Shown in pieces: positions 1 to 5,214 of a stretch of 5,214 bases of DNA; position 1 is the stretch's first letter; every line of letters begins with the position of its first letter. The notes under the pieces were generated by a model. That model saw only the letters and a list, made by a program, of their open reading frames with translations. It was not told the origin of the DNA and did no database searches. The DNA is from a virus (lineage: Duplodnaviria > Heunggongvirae > Uroviricota > Caudoviricetes): IMG/VR virus record IMGVR_UViG_2671180636_000005; one strand, written 5' to 3'. Position numbers and translations under genes: made by a program.

Positions 1-59
1 TTGAACCAGCGACCTGGCGATTATGAGTCGCTCGCTCTGACCAACTGAGCTAAAGGGCC
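1..59 (-). tRNA. tRNA with CAU anticodon, 5' 59 nt only (3' end lies beyond the window start); most resembles tRNA-Ile2 (lysidine-type, AUA-reading) rather than tRNA-Met
   Basis: Reverse complement of 1-59 reads GGCCCTTTAGCTCAGTTGGTCAGAGCGAGCGACTCATAATCGCCAGGTCGCTGGTTCAA: acceptor 5' arm GGCCCTT, D-stem GCTC/GAGC, anticodon stem AGCGA/TCGCC (one A-C mismatch at the top pair), loop CTCATAA with anticodon CAT, variable loop AGGTC, T-stem 5' arm GCTGG plus TTCAA. From memory this is close to E. coli ileX-type tRNA. Not folded computationally. Confidence 0.85.
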
Positions 60-68
60 GGAGGCAGA

Positions 69-97
69 ATAATAACCATATGTCATCACATCTGCAA
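69..97 (-). promoter_or_regulatory. Candidate sigma70 promoter directly upstream of the tRNA (-35 TTGCAG, 17-nt spacer, -10 TATTAT)
   Basis: Minus strand reads TTGCAG-atgtgatgacatatggt-TATTAT-tctgcctcc followed by the tRNA 5' G at 59. The -10 is 5/6 to consensus, the -35 only 3/6. Sits in the 60-nt gap between the stop at c(120-122) and the tRNA. Confidence 0.3.
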
Positions 98-119
98 ACT
101 CATCTGACCACCAGCACGT

Positions 120-752
120 TTAACGTCCTGTGCCGTTTTTCAGGTATAAAAAANNNNNNNNNNNNNNNNNNNNNNNNNNNNNNNNNNNNNNNNNNNNNNN
201 NNNNNNNNNNNNNNNNNNNNNNNNNNNNNNNNNNNNNNNNNNNNNNNNNNNNNNNNNNNNNNNNNNNNNNNNNNNNNNNNNNNNNNNNNNNNNNNNNNNN
301 NNNNNNNNNNNNNNNNNNNNNNNNNNNNNNNNNNNNNNNNNNNNNNNNNNNNNNNNNNNNNNNNNNNNNNNNNNNNNNNNNNNNNNNNNNNNNNNNNNNN
401 NNNNNNNNNNNNNNNNNNNNNNNNNNNNNNNNNNNNNNNNNNNNNNNNNNNNNNNNNNNNNNNNNNNNNNNNNNNNNNNNNNNNNNNNNNNNNNNNNNNN
501 NNNNNNNNNNNNNNNNNNNNNNNNNNNNNNNNNNNNNNNNNNNNNNNNNNNNNNNNNNNNNNNNNNNNNNNNNNNNNNNNNNNNNNNNNNNNNNNNNNNN
601 NNNNNNNNNNNNNNNNNNNNNNNNNNNNNNNNNNNNNNNNNNNNNNNNNNNNNNNNNNNNNNNNNNNNNNNNNNNNNNNNNNNNNNNNNNNNNNNNNNNN
701 NNNNNNNCAAAAAAGCCTCAAGTTCAGACTTGTTCAGACCTGCTTTTTTCAT
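120..752 (-). CDS. Hypothetical protein (cargo gene 3); interior masked, so length (about 210 aa if uninterrupted) is unverified
   Basis: ATG at c(750-752) overlaps the TGA of the upstream frame (ATGA coupling) with GGAGG immediately 5'. Visible N-terminus MKKAGLNKSELEAFL; visible C-terminus FLYLKNGTGR with TAA at c(120-122). Stops inside the mask cannot be excluded. Confidence 0.3.
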   Translation of the reverse strand: MKKAGLNKSELEAFLXXXXXXXXXXXXXXXXXXXXXXXXXXXXXXXXXXXXXXXXXXXXXXXXXXXXXXXXXXXXXXXXXXXXXXXXXXXXXXXXXXXXXXXXXXXXXXXXXXXXXXXXXXXXXXXXXXXXXXXXXXXXXXXXXXXXXXXXXXXXXXXXXXXXXXXXXXXXXXXXXXXXXXXXXXXXXXXXXXXXXXXXXFLYLKNGTGR

Positions 753-1879
753 CCTCCGGAGCGCNNNNNNNNNNNNNNNNNNNNNNNNNNNNNNNNNNNN
801 NNNNNNNNNNNNNNNNNNNNNNNNNNNNNNNNNNNNNNNNNNNNNNNNNNNNNNNNNNNNNNNNNNNNNNNNNNNNNNNNNNNNNNNNNNNNNNNNNNNN
901 NNNNNNNNNNNNNNNNNNNNNNNNNNNNNNNNNNNNNNNNNNNNNNNNNNNNNNNNNNNNNNNNNNNNNNNNNNNNNNNNNNNNNNNNNNNNNNNNNNNN
1001 NNNNNNNNNNNNNNNNNNNNNNNNNNNNNNNNNNNNNNNNNNNNNNNNNNNNNNNNNNNNNNNNNNNNNNNNNNNNNNNNNNNNNNNNNNNNNNNNNNNN
1101 NNNNNNNNNNNNNNNNNNNNNNNNNNNNNNNNNNNNNNNNNNNNNNNNNNNNNNNNNNNNNNNNNNNNNNNNNNNNNNNNNNNNNNNNNNNNNNNNNNNN
1201 NNNNNNNNNNNNNNNNNNNNNNNNNNNNNNNNNNNNNNNNNNNNNNNNNNNNNNNNNNNNNNNNNNNNNNNNNNNNNNNNNNNNNNNNNNNNNNNNNNNN
1301 NNNNNNNNNNNNNNNNNNNNNNNNNNNNNNNNNNNNNNNNNNNNNNNNNNNNNNNNNNNNNNNNNNNNNNNNNNNNNNNNNNNNNNNNNNNNNNNNNNNN
1401 NNNNNNNNNNNNNNNNNNNNNNNNNNNNNNNNNNNNNNNNNNNNNNNNNNNNNNNNNNNNNNNNNNNNNNNNNNNNNNNNNNNNNNNNNNNNNNNNNNNN
1501 NNNNNNNNNNNNNNNNNNNNNNNNNNNNNNNNNNNAAATCCAGCNNNNNNNNNNNNNNNNNNNNNNNNNNNNNNNNNNNNNNNNNNNNNNNNNNNNNNNN
1601 NNNNNNNNNNNNNNNNNNNNNNNNNNNNNNNNNNNNNNNNNNNNNNNNNNNNNNNNNNNNNNNNNNNNNNNNNNNNNNNNNNNNNNNNNNNNNNNNNNNN
1701 NNNNNNNNNNNNNNNNNNNNNNNNNNNNNNNNNNNNNNNNNNNNNNNNNNNNNNNNNNNNNNNNNNNNNNNNNNNNNNNNNNNNNNNNNNNNNNGCTGTT
1801 TCTGGTTGAAATAACAGTCTTCCAGTTTTTCGAACACTTCCCACGCCTGATCGGTTTCGAGCATTTTGGCGTGACGGGC
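749..1879 (-). CDS. Hypothetical protein (cargo gene 2), partial; at least about 376 codons if no stop lies in the mask; 5' end is in the masked region
   Basis: In island 1795-1879 the minus frame reading ARHAKMLETDQAWEVFEKLEDCYFNQKQ uses common E. coli codons (CTG, GAA, AAA, CAG, TTC, AAC, CGT, ACC), whereas the other two minus frames carry rare AGG/AGA/GGG/CCC/TCG codons. The same frame ends RSGG-TGA at c(749-751). The 9-nt island 1536-1544 is open in this frame. Confidence 0.35.
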   Translation of the reverse strand, partial: ARHAKMLETDQAWEVFEKLEDCYFNQKQXXXXXXXXXXXXXXXXXXXXXXXXXXXXXXXXXXXXXXXXXXXXXXXXXXXXXXXXXXXXXXXXXXXXXXXXXXXXXXXXXXXXLDXXXXXXXXXXXXXXXXXXXXXXXXXXXXXXXXXXXXXXXXXXXXXXXXXXXXXXXXXXXXXXXXXXXXXXXXXXXXXXXXXXXXXXXXXXXXXXXXXXXXXXXXXXXXXXXXXXXXXXXXXXXXXXXXXXXXXXXXXXXXXXXXXXXXXXXXXXXXXXXXXXXXXXXXXXXXXXXXXXXXXXXXXXXXXXXXXXXXXXXXXXXXXXXXXXXXXXXXXXXXXXXXXXXXXXXXXXXXXXXXXXXXXXXXXXXXXXXXXXRSGG

Positions 1880-2137
1880 NNNNNNNNNNNNNNNNNNNNN
1901 NNNNNNNNNNNNNNNNNNNNNNNNNNNNNNNNNNNNNNNNNNNNNNNNNNNNNNNNNNNNNNNNNNNNNNNNNNNNNNNNNNNNNNNNNNNNNNNNNNNN
2001 NNNNNNNNNNNNNNNNNNNNNNNNNNNNNNNNNNNNNNNNNNNNNNNNNNNNNNNNNNNNNNNNNNNNNNNNNNNNNNNNNNNNNNNNNNNNNNNNNNNN
2101 NNNNNNNNNNNNNNNNNNNNNNNNNNNNNNNNNNNNN

Positions 2138-2172
2138 AGTGACGGGAGTTTTTCAATAGACGTGCGATTCAT
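2138..2172 (-). CDS. 5' end of the first gene downstream of the late leader (visible N-terminus MNRTSIEKLPS); product unknown, rest masked
   Basis: Minus strand reads AAAGGA-CATGTCT-ATGAATCGCACGTCTATTGAAAAACTCCCGTCA: Shine-Dalgarno AAAGGA 7 nt before the ATG at c(2170-2172). The frame differs from the codon-supported frame at 1795-1879, so this gene probably ends inside the 1880-2137 mask. Confidence 0.4.
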
Positions 2173-2315
2173 AGACATGTCCTTTCGAATATTTTGATTT
2201 ACCCCTTTTGAGAGGGTGACCGGGCGCTCAAAACCGTCGAAAGTCGGCGGGCGTATTTCCATTGCTGGTATTGTATTAGCCGCACACCCGGTCATAAACC
2301 AAGAATTCTGGACAC

Positions 2316-2343
2316 AAAAAAACCACATGGCTATCGGGTGTGG
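2316..2343 (-). terminator. Weak intrinsic terminator-like hairpin plus U7 tract (T2)
   Basis: Minus-strand RNA CCACA-cccgauagcca-UGUGG-UUUUUUU: 5-bp stem, 11-nt loop, 7 U. Oriented for the minus strand only (on the plus strand the A-run precedes the stem). Confidence 0.3.
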
Positions 2344-2378
2344 ATACCGCTTTCGAGGTGTTTTGAGCACCGCGGGGA

Positions 2379-2407
2379 AATGTAAACTGCAAACCTGAAA
2401 CTGTCAA
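2379..2407 (-). promoter_or_regulatory. Candidate sigma70 promoter P2 (-35 TTGACA, 17-nt spacer, -10 TACATT)
   Basis: Minus strand reads TTGACA-gtttcaggtttgcagtt-TACATT. The -35 is a perfect consensus hexamer with optimal spacing; the -10 is 4/6 but keeps A2 and T6. Predicted start near 2372, about 56 nt upstream of the T2 U-tract. Confidence 0.35.
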
Positions 2408-2532
2408 CACCGTCAGGTTCCAATCATCGGGTGGTGAGACGCACAGGGTTGGAACTACCGGGAAACCGACCGGCGAGCTTTTCAGCTCCCCCATGCGCCC
2501 CACCATAATTCAGATGTGCGCGTGCATACGAC

Positions 2533-2557
2533 AATAAAAAACACGCTCGCGGCGTGT
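2533..2557 (-). terminator. Intrinsic terminator candidate (tR'-like, T1)
   Basis: Minus-strand RNA ACACGC-cgcga-GCGUGU followed by UUUUUAUU: 6-bp stem (4 GC pairs), 5-nt loop, six consecutive U counting the last stem base. Lies about 75 nt downstream of the predicted P1 start. Confidence 0.55.
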
Positions 2558-2618
2558 GTCTGTCGCGGTCTCTATCCGGGGTTCCAATCCCGACGCCAGA
2601 TTTTGCTGGCGCGTGAGG

Positions 2619-2648
2619 AATATAGCCCCGGACAATGTGTCTGGTCAA
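2619..2648 (-). promoter_or_regulatory. Late promoter candidate P1 (pR'-like): -35 TTGACC, 18-nt spacer, -10 TATATT, 5 nt downstream of the Q stop codon
   Basis: Minus strand reads TAG-gtgc-TTGACC-agacacattgtccggggc-TATATT-cctcacG. Both hexamers are 5/6 to consensus. Its position immediately 3' of a Q-family gene is where lambdoid pR' sits. Predicted start near 2612. Confidence 0.5.
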
Positions 2649-2652
2649 GCAC

Positions 2653-2721
2653 CTACATAATTCGTTCTACGTATCTGTCCATCTCCAGCCGGATATCAAG
2701 CATCATCAACATGCCATCAAT
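2653..2721 (-). CDS. Antitermination protein Q, Q82/QuuD family, C-terminal 22 aa visible (rest masked; start expected near 3040 if about 127 aa)
   Basis: Visible C-terminus IDGMLMMLDIRLEMDRYVERIM then TAG at c(2653-2655). The motif GMLM-LDIRLEMD matches my recollection of the C-terminus of E. coli DLP12 QuuD and phage 82 Q. Position (after rusA, before a promoter/terminator leader) fits. Family call is from memory, not a search. Confidence 0.55.
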   Translation of the reverse strand: MDGMLMMLDIRLEMDRYVERIM

Positions 2722-3104
2722 NNNNNNNNNNNNNNNNNNNNNNNNNNNNNNNNNNNNNNNNNNNNNNNNNNNNNNNNNNNNNNNNNNNNNNNNNNNNNNN
2801 NNNNNNNNNNNNNNNNNNNNNNNNNNNNNNNNNNNNNNNNNNNNNNNNNNNNNNNNNNNNNNNNNNNNNNNNNNNNNNNNNNNNNNNNNNNNNNNNNNNN
2901 NNNNNNNNNNNNNNNNNNNNNNNNNNNNNNNNNNNNNNNNNNNNNNNNNNNNNNNNNNNNNNNNNNNNNNNNNNNNNNNNNNNNNNNNNNNNNNNNNNNN
3001 NNNNNNNNNNNNNNNNNNNNNNNNNNNNNNNNNNNNNNNNNNNNNNNNNNNNNNNNNNNNNNNNNNNNNNNNNNNNNNNNNNNNNNNNNNNNNNNNNNNN
3101 NNNN

Positions 3105-3436
3105 ACGCCCAGTCGCCCACCAGGAACGAGCTGACCGCGCACAATATTGATTTCATCAAACTGCTCGTCGTCTATGAGTAGTCCGGCATGCGTCAGCGCA
3201 TCCAGTGGTGCTTTCAGGATATTGTCCAGGTCACGACGGCGCTTATCCGGTGGCTCTGCAATAATCTTTATCGCCAGCCTTCCGGACAGGTTTAATTTCA
3301 GCCGCTGCTGGCGAACAATTAGCGTCACATCACGGCGATAACGCTCACCAACTTTTGATACAAAATATGTGCTGCCACGACGTCGCCAGTAAGTATTCAC
3401 CGTCGGCGGATAAGGTAAAATAAACTCATGGCGCAT
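3105..3436 (-). CDS. rusA: Crossover junction endodeoxyribonuclease RusA (Holliday junction resolvase); first 110 aa visible, last about 10-20 aa masked
   Basis: ATG at c(3434-3436) with GGAGGT about 9-10 nt upstream. Translation MRHEFILPYPPTVNTYWRRRGSTYFVSKVGERYRRDVTLIVRQQRL...PPDKRRRDLDNILKAPLDALTHAGLLIDDEQFDEINIVRGQLVPGGRLG carries the RusA catalytic DLDN motif and the downstream acidic LIDDEQ segment. Start overlaps the upstream stop (TGATG). Confidence 0.85.
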
Positions 3437-3678
3437 CAGCGCAGCACCTCCTGCACCATTTTTTCAAACTTTCCAACTTTGGTTTCCAGCTCTGCCACAC
3501 AATCAACGAGCTCATCCACCGCTTTTTGTGCGCGATGTTTCGCCTGCATCAGTTCCCTGAGCGCTGGCACCATATCCCGACGAATGGCATCTTTTGTTAC
3601 ACCTGTTTTTTCCAGTTGTTCCGCCTGTCGCAACATTTCCTGCGCGTGTTTACGCAATTGTTCAGAGGTAAAAGTCAT
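3436..3678 (-). CDS. Hypothetical 80-aa charged, probably alpha-helical/coiled-coil protein; function unknown
   Basis: ATG at c(3676-3678), 11 nt after the helicase stop; stop TGA at c(3436-3438) overlaps the rusA ATG. Translation MTFTSEQLRKHAQEMLRQAEQLEKTGVTKDAIRRDMVPALRELMQAKHRAQKAVDELVDCVAELETKVGKFEKMVQEVLR. E. coli-like codon usage; weak Shine-Dalgarno. The track's TTG start at 3693 adds 5 residues and is less likely. Confidence 0.6.
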   Translation of the reverse strand: MTFTSEQLRKHAQEMLRQAEQLEKTGVTKDAIRRDMVPALRELMQAKHRAQKAVDELVDCVAELETKVGKFEKMVQEVLR

Positions 3679-3689
3679 TGTCTGGTTGT

Positions 3690-5081
3690 TCAAAAGAAAC
3701 GCTCCATCTTACTGCTGTCGGTACGTGTATTGCTGTATCTGCGCGGCTGGGGCTGCCGCATTGGGGTGGAAAGAACCTGTGCGCTTTCCTGGTCCACAGG
3801 CAGAAAATGTCCGTTATAAAAACGCCGGTAAATCGTCCCCAGAGAACCGTTACGTTGTTTCGTGATATTAATTTCTGCTATGCCTGTAGCCTGTGTATCC
3901 GGGTTGTACACTTCATCCCTGTAAAGCATCAGAATGATGTCTGCATCCGCCTCTATTTCTCCGGAATTTTTCAGGTCTGAGTTCATGGGACGTTTATTGG
4001 GTCTGGACTCCACACCGCGGGAGAGCTGGCTCAGCGCAATCAACGGAAAACCACCGGATTTTGCCAGGCCTTTAAGCCCCTTTGAGATTTCACCCACGGC
4101 AAGGTCATGACGCCCCGTGGTTCGGGTTTTTATCAGCCCGAGATAATCAACCACCACCAGCGCCGTTTCCGGATGTTTAATCAGATGGTGTTTCGTTGTT
4201 GCGCATATCTCATCAATGGTCAGGTTCGCCTGGTCCACCATCCAGATATTGCGCCCGGTCATCCGCCCCACCCCTTGTGAGAAACGCGCCCAGTCTTCAT
4301 CTTCAAAGTGAGCCACAGATTTCAGGCGTGATACTGGCATCCCTCCAGCCGCAGACACCATACGTTCACCAATCTGGATGTTCGCCATCTCCATGGTGAA
4401 CAGAAGCACACCATGCCCCTGCTCAGTCACCTTGTCGATGATGTCCAGCGCAAGTTCGGTTTTCCCCATCGAAGGACGGGCGGCAATGAATACCAGGTCT
4501 CCGGGCTCCATACCGCCTGTTTTTGCGTCCAGTTCATCAATACCGGTCATCAACGTCCTGGATTTCTCCAGCCCCTGATTCCGGCATTCAACACGCTCAA
4601 CCACTTCCGGAAGCACATCATCAATATGTACCGGCTGAATGACGCCCTTTCCTGTCGACAGTGTGACCATCATGTTCTGCGCATCCTTCAGGGCATCTTC
4701 AGCTGCTTCACAGGTATGCGCATCACGTAATTTCTGCAGCGCCTCATTCAGTGTTTTTTCTGCATCGCGCAGTGCGGCATTGCGCCGCAACGCTGCAACA
4801 TAGTGCTCCAGTGAAGACTTCACCCAGGTTTTACGCCCGGTATCAGTAATCACCGGGGCAAGTTCCGGCATCTCATTACACAACAGCACGGGGTCAATCA
4901 CTCCTGAAACACGGGCCTGTCTGCAGATGCCTGTGTAGATATCCCGATACGCTCGTACAGAAAAAATGTCCGCCGGTAGTGTGATCAGAATATCCATCAC
5001 TTCATGATCTGCCCCACGCAGAAAGAATGCGCCAATGACAGCGCCTTCCAGGTCATCATTACGCCAGACTGGTGTTGTCAT
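3690..5081 (-). CDS. DnaB-family replicative DNA helicase, phage-encoded (P22 gene 12-like), 463 aa
   Basis: ATG at c(5079-5081) preceded by AGAGGTG at 7-nt spacing. Walker A ARPSMGKT near residue 201, DnaB-like N-terminal domain, and a C-terminal ITKQRNGSLGTI motif that aligns with E. coli DnaB IIGKQRNGPIGTV. Stop TGA at c(3690-3692). The track's start at 5102 is a TTG extension. Confidence 0.9.
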   Translation of the reverse strand: MTTPVWRNDDLEGAVIGAFFLRGADHEVMDILITLPADIFSVRAYRDIYTGICRQARVSGVIDPVLLCNEMPELAPVITDTGRKTWVKSSLEHYVAALRRNAALRDAEKTLNEALQKLRDAHTCEAAEDALKDAQNMMVTLSTGKGVIQPVHIDDVLPEVVERVECRNQGLEKSRTLMTGIDELDAKTGGMEPGDLVFIAARPSMGKTELALDIIDKVTEQGHGVLLFTMEMANIQIGERMVSAAGGMPVSRLKSVAHFEDEDWARFSQGVGRMTGRNIWMVDQANLTIDEICATTKHHLIKHPETALVVVDYLGLIKTRTTGRHDLAVGEISKGLKGLAKSGGFPLIALSQLSRGVESRPNKRPMNSDLKNSGEIEADADIILMLYRDEVYNPDTQATGIAEINITKQRNGSLGTIYRRFYNGHFLPVDQESAQVLSTPMRQPQPRRYSNTRTDSSKMERFF

Positions 5082-5214
5082 GCAGCCACACCTCTGATAC
5101 AAGAACGGTAGCTGGGCCAGTTGAACGACAACCAGTTGCGCCCCCCGTCTGTGATCCTGTCGGCAATGCGGGGGCTGATGAACGCTGGATTTGCCCCTAT
5201 ATTTCCAGACACCT
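5078..5214 (-). CDS. C-terminal fragment of the upstream replication gene (possibly an O-like or gene-18-like initiator, or a helicase partner); partial, continues beyond the window
   Basis: Frame is open for 45 codons from the window edge (VSGNIGANPAFISPRIADRITDGGRNWLSFNWPSYRSCIRGVAA) and ends with a TGA overlapping the helicase ATG (ATGA coupling at 5078-5081). Product assignment rests only on gene order in lambdoid replication modules. Confidence 0.4.
   Translation of the reverse strand, partial: VSGNIGANPAFISPRIADRITDGGRNWLSFNWPSYRSCIRGVAA

Noticed and set aside
1-59. tRNA as a prophage attachment site (attL/attR) marking the island boundary
   Set aside because: By gene order the tRNA lies downstream of Q within the late region rather than next to an integrase, and no integrase or direct-repeat partner is visible; it cannot be assessed from this window.
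80-2197. Very long track ORFs crossing the masked region on both strands (+80-2197, -120-2156, +130-1809, -724-2370, -749-1864, -140-721)
   Set aside because: Their length comes from N runs being translated as X; stops inside the masks are invisible. Only the short unmasked islands carry information, and I used them separately (codon usage, visible starts and stops).
2229-2250. Third hairpin plus UUUU (CCGCCGAC-uuu-CGACGG) just upstream of the first cargo gene
   Set aside because: The stem has an internal mismatch and only 4 U; too weak to call a terminator on sequence alone.
2216-2398. Plus-strand 60-aa ORF in the leader
   Set aside because: GTG start with GAGGG abutting it (no spacer), orientation opposite to every other gene, and it overlaps the predicted minus-strand terminator and promoter.
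2276-2648. Minus-strand ORFs of 76 aa (2276-2506) and 74 aa (2424-2648) inside the late leader
   Set aside because: No Shine-Dalgarno sequence; Gly/Arg/Pro-rich low-complexity translations; they span the predicted promoter and terminator elements. More likely non-coding leader, though a small peptide cannot be fully excluded.
2653-3159. Track ORF start MMKSILCAVSSFLVGDWA at 3159 for the Q-frame gene
   Set aside because: That start lies inside rusA in a different frame. The real Q start is almost certainly within the masked region (about 3040 if Q is about 127 aa), so only the C-terminal 22 aa are reported.
2516-3181. Plus-strand ORFs 2516-3181 and 2635-3150 running through the 2722-3104 mask
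   Set aside because: Mask-spanning artifacts lying antisense to the Q C-terminus and rusA; the visible parts have no start signal and a low-complexity Ser/Ile-rich translation.
3147-4730. Plus-strand ORFs of 64-145 aa (3147-3341, 3428-3865, 3526-3819, 3678-3980, 4196-4399, 4378-4578, 4413-4730)
   Set aside because: All are antisense to well-supported minus-strand genes (rusA, the 80-aa ORF, the helicase), lack convincing Shine-Dalgarno sequences, and give low-complexity Ser/Cys/Arg-rich translations typical of antisense frames.
3678-5102. Track N-terminal extensions MYQRCGC (helicase, 5102) and MNNQT (80-aa ORF, 3693)
   Set aside because: Both begin at TTG codons with no Shine-Dalgarno sequence; the internal ATGs (5081 with AGAGGTG; 3678) are better supported.
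1-5214. CRISPR arrays, IS elements or terminal inverted repeats
   Set aside because: No regularly spaced repeats and no transposase-like frames in the unmasked sequence; masked sequence cannot be evaluated.

Overview
Every supportable gene is on the minus strand, and the order matches a lambdoid (E. coli-type) prophage early-right to late junction. Reading 5214 -> 1: partial upstream replication gene, DnaB-family helicase, an 80-aa unknown ORF, RusA resolvase, (masked), C-terminus of a Q82/QuuD-type antiterminator, a ~455-bp non-coding late leader with two sigma70 promoter-like/terminator-like units, masked cargo genes in at least two and probably three reading frames, then a partial tRNA(CAU) at the window edge. 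About 42% of the window is N-masked (154-707, 765-1535, 1545-1794, 1880-2137, 2722-3104), so gene boundaries and products there cannot be determined; the long track ORFs crossing those runs are artifacts of N being translated as X. No CRISPR array or recognisable mobile-element end is visible. The most likely place for anything new is the masked cargo locus between the late leader and the tRNA, and to a lesser extent the 80-aa ORF and the tandem leader units. All family assignments are from reading the translations and from memory of those families, not from a search.
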